Shown: in pieces, positions 18,515-27,665 of the stretch
Numbering within the stretch: position 1 is the stretch's first letter
How the letters are laid out: each line of letters opens with the position of its first letter
Source: Alphaproteobacteria bacterium
Lineage (GTDB): Bacteria; Pseudomonadota; Alphaproteobacteria; UBA7887
DNA: 59,835 nt
Direction of reading: 5' to 3'
Assembly (NCBI GenBank): GCA_028289725.1
Contig: JANQOH010000396.1
Span: 1 to 59,835 of the forward strand
Position numbers and translations under genes: made by a program
The notes under the pieces: generated by a model
What the model was told of the DNA's origin: nothing
Databases searched by the model: none
The model's input: the letters and a program-made list of their open reading frames with translations, nothing else

Positions 18515-20050
18515 ATGGCGGACATGATCGAGTCCGATAGCGACAATAGTTTCGATGTCATCGTCGTCGGCGGCGGGGGCACGGGTCTCGCCGCGGCCAT
18601 AGAAGCCCGCCAGATCGGCCGAACCGTCGTTTTGCTTGAAAAGAATCCGACGCTCGGTGGAACCACGGGCCTGTCGGTTGGATCGATCACCGCGACCAAT
18701 ACACCGCAACAGCTGGCCGCCGGTATCTTTGATTCCCCGCGCGATCATTTCGATGACATGCCGGGTTTTGCGGGCGCGCTCGCATCGAGGGACAATGTCG
18801 AATTGCGCCGACTGCTGACGGACAATGTGCCCGAAACGTTTCGTTGGCTTCAGTCGCTCGGTCTCGTCTTCTACGGCCCCTCGCCCGAGCCACCGCACCG
18901 AAAACCGCGCATGCACACGGTGCTTCCCAATTCGCGCGCTTACATCCATGTCCTTGAAAAATATGCGAAAAAGCAAGGCGTGGTGATCCACGAGAGTGTG
19001 CGCGTGATGGAGTTGATCCGGGAAGACGGCCGCGTTGTCGGCGTCCGGACGGGGATCGGCGCGGCGCGCCGGGAGTTTCGGGCCCGTGGCGGCGTGGTGC
19101 TAGCGAGTGGCGACTTTAGCGCGAACGGTCAGCTCAAGACCCGGTTTATGGCGCCCGAGGTTGCCAAGGTCGATCCGATCAACCCGACGAGCGAAGGCGA
19201 TGGCCAAGCCATGGGTCTCGATGTTGGCGGCAAAGTCCTCAACGGCGACGTGTCGCTCGGCCCGGAAATCCGGTTTTTGCCGCCCACGAAAGAGACGTTC
19301 GTTCGCAAATTGCCGCCAAACCGTGGCTTGGCGCGCTTCATGGCCTGGTCCATGGACCACATGCCGGCCTGGCTGTTGCGCCCGTTTGTGATGAGCTTCG
19401 TCACGACGTGGCTGGCGCCGTCACTCCGATTGTTCGATGAGGGTGCGGTGCTGGTCAATATCAATGGACAGCATTTCGCGGATGAGGTTGATGCGCCAGC
19501 GCTCGCACTGCCCAATCAGCCGGAAAAGATCGGGTACATATTGCTCGACAAAACGATGGCGCAAAAATTCTCCAGTTGGCCGTACTTCATTTCGACGGCG
19601 CCGGGTATTGCCTATGCCTATTTGGCCGACTACCGGCGGAACCGAAAAGACGTCTATCACGCCGCGCGGTCGCTCAAGCGCCTTGCCCGCAAGCTCGATA
19701 TGGATCCGACCGTGTTGGAAGAATCGATTCAGAAGCACAATGGCGCGATCGACAATGGGGCGACAAAAGCTCGCCCGAAATTTGAGACACCCCCGTTCGT
19801 CGCGCTGGGTCCGGTTAAAAGCTCGATCATCATTGCCGATGGCGGGTTGGCGGTGAACCGGGACCTTCAAGTCCTGGGCGATAACGACCTGCCCGTCCCC
19901 GGACTCTACGCCGCCGGGTCGACCGGCCAAGGTGGCCTCCTGCTCGAGGGCCATGGCCATCATTTAGGATGGGCTTTCACATCGGGCCGGATCGCCGGGC
20001 GGCACGCGGCGTATGAGGCGACCAGCGCGGATTTACCAAAATCAGCCTGA
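18515..20050 (+). CDS. FAD-dependent oxidoreductase (fumarate reductase / 3-ketosteroid dehydrogenase-like flavoprotein)
   Basis: FDVIVVGGGGTGLAAAIEA dinucleotide fold. C-terminal GLYAAGSTGQGG FAD-binding motif. ATG 18515 has GGGAG 7 nt upstream. Confidence 0.85.
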   Translation: MADMIESDSDNSFDVIVVGGGGTGLAAAIEARQIGRTVVLLEKNPTLGGTTGLSVGSITATNTPQQLAAGIFDSPRDHFDDMPGFAGALASRDNVELRRLLTDNVPETFRWLQSLGLVFYGPSPEPPHRKPRMHTVLPNSRAYIHVLEKYAKKQGVVIHESVRVMELIREDGRVVGVRTGIGAARREFRARGGVVLASGDFSANGQLKTRFMAPEVAKVDPINPTSEGDGQAMGLDVGGKVLNGDVSLGPEIRFLPPTKETFVRKLPPNRGLARFMAWSMDHMPAWLLRPFVMSFVTTWLAPSLRLFDEGAVLVNINGQHFADEVDAPALALPNQPEKIGYILLDKTMAQKFSSWPYFISTAPGIAYAYLADYRRNRKDVYHAARSLKRLARKLDMDPTVLEESIQKHNGAIDNGATKARPKFETPPFVALGPVKSSIIIADGGLAVNRDLQVLGDNDLPVPGLYAAGSTGQGGLLLEGHGHHLGWAFTSGRIAGRHAAYEATSADLPKSA

Positions 20051-20172
20051 GTGCCCGCCCCACGAGCAAGAAACAGGCAAAACAATGACGTCTGTCATCG
20101 TGGTGACATTGGCCATCCGGTATTGTTCCCCGCACATAACGATGGCAAACGCAAAGATTGAGCTTCGGCAGT

Positions 20173-20385
20173 ATGATTAAATCATTTCAATCATTTACCG
20201 CGATTTTCTGCACAATTATTTTAAATTTGGGCGTATCGGCCTGCGGAACGCCGCCGTCCGGTGTGACAGAAAATCCCGAACCAGAAAAAGACGTGGTGAC
20301 TGCGGAAGGCGCTGCATCAGCGGCGCCCGGCTATCGGGTCAAGGGCGCGCATGGATTGCTCAATCTCGGAATAGACCTCTTCTGA
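20173..20385 (+). CDS. Small putative lipoprotein (70 aa), paralogue of 20542-20739
   Basis: Signal peptide ends in lipobox VSAC. C-terminus GAHGLLNLGIDLF matches GATSLLSIGIGIF of the neighbouring ORF. An alternative TTG start exists at 20158. Confidence 0.5.
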   Translation: MIKSFQSFTAIFCTIILNLGVSACGTPPSGVTENPEPEKDVVTAEGAASAAPGYRVKGAHGLLNLGIDLF

Positions 20386-20541
20386 AGGCCATTTCCCGAC
20401 AATTTCGCGCCTTGTTTGTGACCAAAGCATGACGTCAATGATCGGAATCATGACCGGTGTCACAGCAGATGGACGGTTCGATCCCTAATATTACTCACGG
20501 TGACAGGGGGATAAGGGGAGCGGGTCATCTATTTCGGGAGA

Positions 20542-20739
20542 ATGATGGTGCGAAACCTGACGATGATTGTCGTTGCGGCAGCCTTGCTTCCCAGTCTCGC
20601 GGCGTGTGGAACGCATTCCGGTGAACTGGCCGTGAGCGGAACACAGATGGCCGCCTATTCCGAGCCGTCGCGCTCGGTACCGGACTATAGCCCCCGGGGC
20701 GCGACCAGCCTGCTATCGATCGGGATCGGTATTTTTTGA
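20542..20739 (+). CDS. Small putative lipoprotein (65 aa), paralogue of 20173-20385
   Basis: MMVRNLTMIVVAAALLPSLAAC signal plus lipobox. GGGAG-type SD (ttcgggagaATG). Shares the C-terminal motif with the upstream ORF. Confidence 0.55.
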   Translation: MMVRNLTMIVVAAALLPSLAACGTHSGELAVSGTQMAAYSEPSRSVPDYSPRGATSLLSIGIGIF

Positions 20740-20785
20740 AAGCCTGACGTCACCTATTACGCCGCATCCCGTCGGGCCTAACGGC

Positions 20786-21166
20786 TCAGCCGTCTTTGGG
20801 CGGCACGGTAATGACCAGAAACACCAAGTCATCAAGACCGGTGTTCATGATCGAATGCTCGATGCCGGGCGGGATAAAGATCACGTCATGTCGACGCACG
20901 ACCTGACGATTTCCTGAAAGCTCCATAACGCCTTCCCCATCCAGGACGTGATAAATCTGTTCCTGGACCTTATGCGCGTGGCGCGCCACATAGCCCTTCG
21001 GCTGATAGCTCGAGATGCGGTAGTCGATAAGACTGCCGTGTTTGGTTTCCGGACCGAACAACAGCTTTGAATAGGCGCCATCGAAATGGTCCGGCATCAA
21101 TTGCCAGTCAACTTCGGCGATGTTCAGTATCTTCGCGTCGGCGCCGGATTTTGGTCTTTTGGCCAT
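20786..21166 (-). CDS. Cupin domain protein (126 aa)
   Basis: Cupin motif 1 (GYVARHAHKVQEQIYHVLDGEG) and motif 2 (PPGIEHSIMN). Only the C-terminal 126 codons of ORF 20786-22240 are credited, because the rest overlaps the TPP gene in another frame. Confidence 0.8.
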   Translation of the reverse strand: MAKRPKSGADAKILNIAEVDWQLMPDHFDGAYSKLLFGPETKHGSLIDYRISSYQPKGYVARHAHKVQEQIYHVLDGEGVMELSGNRQVVRRHDVIFIPPGIEHSIMNTGLDDLVFLVITVPPKDG

Positions 21167-21192
21167 TTTCACACCAATCCTTCGTGAACTAA

Positions 21193-22986
21193 TTATTCGA
21201 TCGCGCCGGACGGGACATAAGGCGCGCCATACACCGGTTCCTTGTGCGGGATCGGCGGCAAGGCCCATGTGCCGGTAGCAGGCGGGCGCACCTCGGCATC
21301 GACATGCACGTCGATCAAATAGGGTTTGCCGAGGCTGATCGCGTGTTCGAGTGCGCCCTCCAAGTCCGCTGTTTTCTTGACGGTCGTCGCGTCCACGCCG
21401 CAGGCTCGTGCCAAGGCCGCGAAATCCGGATTGTAGGGTTCGCGGTTGGCACCGGCATAGAACCCCGTGCCGATTTCGCGGCCATCGAACAAGCCGTACT
21501 GAATGTCGCGGATCGCAGCCCAGGCGAAATTGTTCCAGATCACCCAAATGGCTGGGATGTCGTATTCGACCGCCGTGCATAGGACATGCGGGGTCATGGT
21601 GAAGCCGCCGTCTCCGACCACGGACACGCAGGCGCGTTCCGGCGCCGCCAGTTTTGCGCCGAGGATGCCGCTTGGCCCAAAGCCCATGGACGAAAAGCCC
21701 CACGTGTTGAGCATGGTTTGCGGCTGCCGCGCCATCCAATATTGCATGAACCAATTGTGGTGAACGCCAGAGTCGAGCGACAGAATGCCGTCGTCCGGCA
21801 GGACGCGCCGAAGCGACGTCACAACCCGTTCCGGGCGCAGCGGTGACGTATCGATCTCGAAATTCGGGCGAACGAAATCGTTCCATTCCTTTTGCCACGA
21901 CTCGATCTGTTGCCACCACGAGGCCAGACGGTTTTTGTCCGGCGCACCGCGCGCGCCAACCTCCGCAAGCAACTGGCGGAGAACGGTGCGTGCATCCGCG
22001 ACCAATCCCAGCGTTGGCGGATAGTTGCGGCCGATTTCGGCGACGTCGACGTCGACTTGGATCAAATCGCACGCGGGAAAATTCCACGAATAGCCCGGAA
22101 GCCAAGACGAAGCAGACCGATCGTCGAACCGTGCGCCGATCGCCACGACCAAATCCGCGTACCGTCCGGCTTGATTGGCGGGGAAAACCCCGTTCCGTCC
22201 GATGAAGCCAAGCGACAGCGGGTCGGTCATGTCGAAGCAACCCATCCCGTTCGGTGAGCTGATGACCGGAATGCGCAGCGCATGCGCGAGTTCGGTGAGC
22301 TCTTCGGACGCTTCGGACAAAGTGACGCCGTGACCAATGAACAGGACCGGCTGTTGCGCGGCCAACAAGCGATCCGTCGCGTCTTTGATGTCTTCCGGTG
22401 ATGCGCCGCTTCGCTGGCTGATAGTGTGCCGCGCGGCACGTGGAACTTCGACCTCGGCCTCTTCCTGAAACAGGTTGAACGGCACGTCCACCTGGACCGG
22501 TCCGGGTCGGCCGGTCGTCATAGTTGTCATGGCGTGGTCGAGCGCGAGCGGCAGCATCTCGACGCGCGTTGGCTGAAAACTGCGTTTTACAACAGGCCGC
22601 ACCACCGACGGAAAATCGGCTTGATTGTGTCGATTGATTTCTTGGAATGGGCCACGGTCGAATTGCTGCGTCGGCACATTGGCGGTGATCGCCAGAAAGC
22701 TTGACGAATCCGTCAGTGCGCAGGCAAGCGACATGACGATATTCGAGGAGCCGGGCCCGCAGGAGGTCAGCGTCGCCACCGGTTCATGTTTGACCCGGAA
22801 ATAGGCGTCGGCCATGTGGCCGGCGGTTTGCTCGTGCCGGGGCGAAATGAGCGATATGTCGTCGCGCGCTTCGTAAAGCGCATCAAGGATTCCGACCGTT
22901 CCGTGGCCACAAATGCCGAACACATACGGCACTTTTTCTTTGACCAGAAACTCCGTGATCAGTTCCCCGCCCTTCATGCGTGGCAT
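21193..22986 (-). CDS. Thiamine-pyrophosphate-dependent enzyme (acetolactate synthase / glyoxylate carboligase-like)
   Basis: 597 aa with three-domain TPP layout. N-terminal Pyr domain with the catalytic-Glu context SPRHEQTAGHMADAY. C-terminal TPP-binding motif GDGGF...NN. Confidence 0.9.
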   Translation of the reverse strand: MPRMKGGELITEFLVKEKVPYVFGICGHGTVGILDALYEARDDISLISPRHEQTAGHMADAYFRVKHEPVATLTSCGPGSSNIVMSLACALTDSSSFLAITANVPTQQFDRGPFQEINRHNQADFPSVVRPVVKRSFQPTRVEMLPLALDHAMTTMTTGRPGPVQVDVPFNLFQEEAEVEVPRAARHTISQRSGASPEDIKDATDRLLAAQQPVLFIGHGVTLSEASEELTELAHALRIPVISSPNGMGCFDMTDPLSLGFIGRNGVFPANQAGRYADLVVAIGARFDDRSASSWLPGYSWNFPACDLIQVDVDVAEIGRNYPPTLGLVADARTVLRQLLAEVGARGAPDKNRLASWWQQIESWQKEWNDFVRPNFEIDTSPLRPERVVTSLRRVLPDDGILSLDSGVHHNWFMQYWMARQPQTMLNTWGFSSMGFGPSGILGAKLAAPERACVSVVGDGGFTMTPHVLCTAVEYDIPAIWVIWNNFAWAAIRDIQYGLFDGREIGTGFYAGANREPYNPDFAALARACGVDATTVKKTADLEGALEHAISLGKPYLIDVHVDAEVRPPATGTWALPPIPHKEPVYGAPYVPSGAIE

Positions 22987-23123
22987 CGGACCCTCCCCAT
23001 TTTTCTAGACCGGCGATGCTGGCCATTTTGCAAAGGCTCTACACCGTTTAGGGCCGTACTGCCAAGCCCGACCCGTAAACCACGCTGTTGACCGGTAAAG
23101 GCCGTATCTGAAACAAGACACCC

Positions 23124-24425
23124 ATGAAGTGCGGACGGTCAGCGAAACCGAGCCAGGGGGCCAGGTTCTCAGCGAACATCAGGATTTCGGTTGGCACGCT
23201 GCTCTTGGTCGCGAGTTTGGCACTTGTCGCAAATGAGCCATTCGCACAGAACTTGGGCGCCGATTGGCGCAGTCAATCAGACCTTCGCGCCGCGCTGTTC
23301 GACGGGCGTCCGTCGGCCAACTTGCGCTATCGCTATGAATTTGTTTCCGAGGACGGGCGTCCGCGCGACGCGCATGCCCATACCGTAAGGGCGCGTCTTG
23401 GGTACGAAACGGGACCGTTGTTCGGTTTTCGCGCCATGATCGAAGGCGAGGCCCTCACCCACATTGGGGCTCGCCGGTTTAACGACACCGTGGATCCGGA
23501 CACCCGATTTCCCATCGTCGCCGACCCGGACGACTTCGGCCTCAATCAATATTGGATCGCGAGCACTCATGTGCCCTCGACGGAGGTCAAACTCGGCCGC
23601 CAAAGAGTAACCTTCGACAATCATCGGTTCGTCGGCAATGTCGGGTTTCGCCAGAACGAGCAAACCTTCGATGCGCTGCGCGTATCGTCAGGTCCGCTCA
23701 GCGAGTTGTCTGTCGACTATGCGTATGTCTATCTCGTCGATCGGCTGTTCGGCGAGGATTCCCCCGTCGGGGATTTTGAGACGAACAGCCACCTCGTTCG
23801 TGCGGCCTATCGCGTTTCGCAAGTCGGGTTGCTGACCGGATATGCCTATCTCCTCGATTTTGACGAGGCGCCGGCCTTATCCAGCAGAACATTCGGTCTT
23901 CGGCTCAAAGGGCAAAGAGGATTGGATGAAAATTGGCGTGTGCTCTACGCGGGTGAGTTTGCCTGGCAGCAAGATCACGCCAACAATCCGAACCATGACG
24001 ACTTTGCCTATTACCTGGCGGAGGCCGGTCTTTCCTACAGCGTCTCATCATTCATGCTCGGATATGAGGTTTTGTCCGGCAATGACCGGCGGGCGTTCCA
24101 GGCGCCGCTCGGCACGCTCCATGCGTTCCAAGGAACGGCGGACTTATTCCTCACCACGCCACCCGGCGGCGTCCGAGATCTTTACATTCGTTTGCGTCAC
24201 GGTTTGAGCGGTCCGATGTGGCTAAAGGGCACTGGCTTGACCGCCACGCTCCATCGCTTTGCGGCCGAACAGGGTGGTCGGCACCTCGGTGACGAGGTCG
24301 ACTTGGCTTTGACCTACCCGGTCCATGAACGCGTTTCGCTCGGTGTCGAAGGCGCCTATTACGATGCGGCGCGTTTCGGTAGCGATACCACAAAGGTTTG
24401 GCTCAGCCTGACCGTCACTTATTGA
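23124..24425 (+). CDS. Outer-membrane beta-barrel, alginate-export (AlgE-like) family porin
   Basis: Signal peptide, an LRYRYEF motif early in the mature part, alternating amphipathic strands throughout, and the terminal strand WLSLTVTY. The family call is from memory of the family pattern. Confidence 0.6.
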   Translation: MKCGRSAKPSQGARFSANIRISVGTLLLVASLALVANEPFAQNLGADWRSQSDLRAALFDGRPSANLRYRYEFVSEDGRPRDAHAHTVRARLGYETGPLFGFRAMIEGEALTHIGARRFNDTVDPDTRFPIVADPDDFGLNQYWIASTHVPSTEVKLGRQRVTFDNHRFVGNVGFRQNEQTFDALRVSSGPLSELSVDYAYVYLVDRLFGEDSPVGDFETNSHLVRAAYRVSQVGLLTGYAYLLDFDEAPALSSRTFGLRLKGQRGLDENWRVLYAGEFAWQQDHANNPNHDDFAYYLAEAGLSYSVSSFMLGYEVLSGNDRRAFQAPLGTLHAFQGTADLFLTTPPGGVRDLYIRLRHGLSGPMWLKGTGLTATLHRFAAEQGGRHLGDEVDLALTYPVHERVSLGVEGAYYDAARFGSDTTKVWLSLTVTY

Positions 24426-24511
24426 GGAGGTGTCTTCTTCCTTGACCTGGACCGGCCACACGGCATGGTAACCGCAACTAGACAATCTACTCACGAATTG
24501 GAACACGGGCA

Positions 24512-24988
24512 ATGAAGTGTGTGGCGCAATTTGAGCCGGCCATCTGCGTCGCCGACCTTGATGGCATGAAAGACTTCTACTGCGGCAAGCTGGGCATGAC
24601 GGTCTTTAGCGAGATTGTCGTGCCGCCGGAGAAAAGCGCGCCGCCGGGCCTCGCGGCCAACGGCTACACGATTGTCCGATTGGAAACCAATGACGGGCAA
24701 CGGTTCAAACTTGTGCGCCCCAACGACGCACCGACGGGACGAGTCGATCGCGATTTCGTTCTCGATCACCAAGGCTTCGCGTTCGTGACGTTCCTGATCG
24801 ACGACCTGCCGGGCCTTATCGCGCAATTGCAGGCGTCTGGAATAGCGTTGATGGGCGACGACCAAAAATTCGAAGTGCGCGACGGCGTCGACATTGCATT
24901 CGTCAAGGATCCGGAAGGCAATTGCATTGAACTCGTCGAATATGCCGACATTACGACCTATCGTCCGGAACTCGCGGCGGCGGACTGA
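24512..24988 (+). CDS. VOC (glyoxalase/bleomycin-resistance/dioxygenase) family protein
   Basis: Paired beta-alpha-beta-beta-beta modules: [13 protein letters not shown]...LGM and [15 protein letters not shown]. Confidence 0.8.
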   Translation: MKCVAQFEPAICVADLDGMKDFYCGKLGMTVFSEIVVPPEKSAPPGLAANGYTIVRLETNDGQRFKLVRPNDAPTGRVDRDFVLDHQGFAFVTFLIDDLPGLIAQLQASGIALMGDDQKFEVRDGVDIAFVKDPEGNCIELVEYADITTYRPELAAAD

Positions 24989-24993
24989 GGGCA

Positions 24994-26091
24994 ATGAATG
25001 TTGATGGCGTTCCCTACCGGACGATTTGGCTCGCGGATGATGGCGAGACGGTAGAGATCATCGACCAAACCAAGCTGCCGCATGCCTTCGACGTGGCACC
25101 CTTGCGGACCTTGGAGGACGCGGCTCAGGCGATCGCATCGATGCAAGTGCGCGGCGCGCCACTGATCGGTGGAACCGCCGCTTATGGCATGGCGCTCGCC
25201 ATGAAAACCAACCCGAGCGATGACGGGATTGATCACGCTTACGATACGCTCTACCGCACCCGGCCCACCGCTGTGAATTTGCGATGGGCGCTCGACGAGA
25301 TGCGCGCGGCCTTGCGCAACATCGCGCATGACGCGCGGCGCGGTGCGGCCTATCGAAAGGCCGCTGAGATTTGCGATGACGATGTCGAGATTTCACGGGG
25401 GATCGGCCGGCACGGTCTTGCGCTTATTCGGGAGATTCAAAAAAAAAGGTCGCCCGATGAGCCGGTAAATGTGTTGACCCACTGCAACGCCGGATGGCTC
25501 GCGACGATCGATTGGGGCACCGCCACCGCACCCATCTACATGGCGCACGATGACGGCCTTCCGGTCCATGTCTGGGTCGACGAAACCCGGCCGCGCAATC
25601 AAGGCGCGTCCCTGACCGCGTTCGAACTGGGACACCATGGCGTGCCGCATACGGTAATCGCGGACAATGTCGGCGGCCATCTGATGCAACATGGCATGGT
25701 CGATCTTTGCATCGTCGGGACCGATCGCACGACGGCGCACGGCGATGTCGCGAATAAGATCGGCACTTACCTGAAAGCGCTCGCGGCGCACGATAACCGA
25801 GTGCCCTTCTATGTCGCGCTGCCGTCCACCACGATCGATTGGACGATCGGTGACGGGGTCGCGGAAATCCCCATCGAGCAGCGCGCCGGCGACGAGGTGT
25901 CCGAAATCTATGGTCAGACCGCGGACGGACGGCTTGAAACCGTGCGAATCGTTCCCGAAGGCAGCCCCGTCGCGAACTATGCTTTTGACGTGACGCCAGC
26001 ACGCTTGGTTACCGGGCTGATCACCGAACGCGGCGTCTGCGCGGCCTCGCGCGAGGGCCTAGCGAGTCTATTCCCGGAGCACGCGGGATGA
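24994..26091 (+). CDS. mtnA: S-methyl-5-thioribose-1-phosphate isomerase
   Basis: [43 protein letters not shown], then CNAG and [17 protein letters not shown], which are typical MtnA/eIF-2B-related motifs. Confidence 0.9.
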   Translation: MNVDGVPYRTIWLADDGETVEIIDQTKLPHAFDVAPLRTLEDAAQAIASMQVRGAPLIGGTAAYGMALAMKTNPSDDGIDHAYDTLYRTRPTAVNLRWALDEMRAALRNIAHDARRGAAYRKAAEICDDDVEISRGIGRHGLALIREIQKKRSPDEPVNVLTHCNAGWLATIDWGTATAPIYMAHDDGLPVHVWVDETRPRNQGASLTAFELGHHGVPHTVIADNVGGHLMQHGMVDLCIVGTDRTTAHGDVANKIGTYLKALAAHDNRVPFYVALPSTTIDWTIGDGVAEIPIEQRAGDEVSEIYGQTADGRLETVRIVPEGSPVANYAFDVTPARLVTGLITERGVCAASREGLASLFPEHAG

Positions 26092-26160
26092 ACGAAGACA
26101 CGCCTGATATGATAGGACGTATCGGATAACATAGAGACCGCGGTACGACGGGAGTGTGAG

Positions 26161-27366
26161 ATGACCGAAGCTTTCATTTGTGACAATGCGCGCACGCCGA
26201 TCGGGCGTTTTGGCGGGTCTTTGTCGAAAGTGCGGACGGACGATCTGGCGTCGGTCCCGATCAAGGCCTTGGTCGAGCGCAACCCAAGTGTCGATTGGGA
26301 GGCGGTGGAAGACGTGATCTATGGCGACGCCAATCAAGCGGGCGAGGACAACCGAAACGTCGCGCGTATGGCGACCTTGCTCGCGGGGTTGCCCGAAACC
26401 GTGGCGGGCCAGACGGTGAACCGCCTGTGCGGTTCGGGCATGCAGGCGACCGCGGCCGCGGCGCGCGCGATCAAATGCGGCGAGGCCGATTTCATGATCG
26501 CGGGCGGAGTCGAAAGCATGACGCGCGCGCCGTTCGTGATGGGCAAGAGCGATTCCGCCTTTTCCAGGCAAGCCGAGATTTTCGATACGACCATCGGCTG
26601 GCGTTTCGTCAATCCGAAAATGAAAGCCGAGCATGGTGTCGACTCCATGCCGGAAACCGCCGAGAACGTGGCCGAGGATTTCCAAATCTCGCGCGCTGAC
26701 CAAGATGGCTTTGCCGTGCGCTCGCAACAACGGGCCGGCGCCGCCATAGAGGCTGGCCGATTGGCGGAGGAAATCGTGCCCGTGACAATCCCGCAACGGC
26801 GGGGCGATCCCGTCGTGGTCGATCAGGACGAGCATCCACGTCCGGACACCACGGTCGAAAAGCTTGCCAAGCTACCGACGCCGTTCCGCGATGGCGGCAC
26901 GGTTACGGCTGGCAATGCATCCGGTGTCAATGATGGCGCGGCGGCAATCCTCGTGGCATCCGAAGCGGCAGCCAAAGCGCACGGCCTTACGCCCGTCGCG
27001 CGCGTCGTTGGCACGACGTCCGTCGGCGTGCCGCCGCGCATCATGGGCTTTGGTCCGGCGCCGGCCAGTCACAAATTGCTGGATCGCCTTGGGCTCAAAG
27101 TGAGCGACATGGACGTGATTGAACTCAATGAAGCATTCGCCGCGCAAGCGCTTGCGGTGACGCGGGATCTTGGCCTCCCGGATGATGCGGTACACGTCAA
27201 TCCGAATGGCGGCGCGATCGCGCTCGGCCATCCGCTTGGCATGAGCGGCGCGCGGTTGGTGCTCACTGCCGCCCGCGAGCTTGCTCGGCGCGATGGCCGA
27301 TATGCTCTGTGCACCATGTGCATCGGTGTCGGCCAAGGCATCGCGATGGTGATTGAGCGGGTATAG
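26161..27366 (+). CDS. Acetyl-CoA C-acyltransferase (3-oxoadipyl-CoA / beta-ketoadipyl-CoA thiolase-like)
   Basis: [17 protein letters not shown], active-site [11 protein letters not shown]-terminal [20 protein letters not shown] and CIGVGQGIA. Confidence 0.9.
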   Translation: MTEAFICDNARTPIGRFGGSLSKVRTDDLASVPIKALVERNPSVDWEAVEDVIYGDANQAGEDNRNVARMATLLAGLPETVAGQTVNRLCGSGMQATAAAARAIKCGEADFMIAGGVESMTRAPFVMGKSDSAFSRQAEIFDTTIGWRFVNPKMKAEHGVDSMPETAENVAEDFQISRADQDGFAVRSQQRAGAAIEAGRLAEEIVPVTIPQRRGDPVVVDQDEHPRPDTTVEKLAKLPTPFRDGGTVTAGNASGVNDGAAAILVASEAAAKAHGLTPVARVVGTTSVGVPPRIMGFGPAPASHKLLDRLGLKVSDMDVIELNEAFAAQALAVTRDLGLPDDAVHVNPNGGAIALGHPLGMSGARLVLTAARELARRDGRYALCTMCIGVGQGIAMVIERV

Positions 27367-27509
27367 CGTTGGCGCGTTCGGGCGTCATGAGAGCTTCACA
27401 TAACTGTCAGCGGCTTGTCGTCCGACTGACCGTGTAGAGTCGCCGAATCTCACTAAATGGATGTTCGTTCAAGACGGTGAAGGCGCTGCCGTCCCTCAAG
27501 AAAACAAAG

Positions 27510-27637
27510 GTGGCGCCGTCCCCCTTTAACGCCGCGAATTGGGAGGGAATCCGCGTGTGGCCCCGTCCCCCCGCATCTTCGGGTCACACGCCGAGTTGGC
27601 GGCCGGGTCCCCGCATCGGCCGCCAACCACCCTTTTT
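27510..27637 (+). ncRNA. Candidate small RNA / structured element: three consecutive hairpins each exposing GUCCCC in the loop, the last followed by a U-run
   Basis: Hand-paired stems. H1: 27510-27515/27530-27535, loop ccgtccccctttaa. H2: 27553-27563/27581-27591 (11 bp), loop cgtccccccgcatcttc. H3: 27595-27605/27617-27627 (11 bp), loop ggtccccgcat, then cacccTTTTT. The strand is not certain, because the minus strand also ends in a U-rich run after H1. Confidence 0.3.
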
Positions 27638-27665
27638 CCGATGTCAGATTGTTGGTGGCCGGGAC

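Noticed and set aside
20084-20464. Weak TGA-N6-TCA cores (AATGA-CGTCTG-TCATC at 20084-20099; CATGA-CCGGTG-TCACA at 20449-20464) as CRP-type sites upstream of the tiny lipoprotein genes
   Set aside because: Only 6-8 of 10 half-site positions match, which is expected by chance several times in a window of this size. The repeated TGACGTC box is the stronger shared signal there.
21167-22240. N-terminal 358 codons of the 484-aa ORF 20786-22240
   Set aside because: The translation is Arg/Gly/Pro-rich and overlaps the well-supported TPP enzyme gene in another frame. Only the last 126 codons (cupin, own ATG at 21166) look real.
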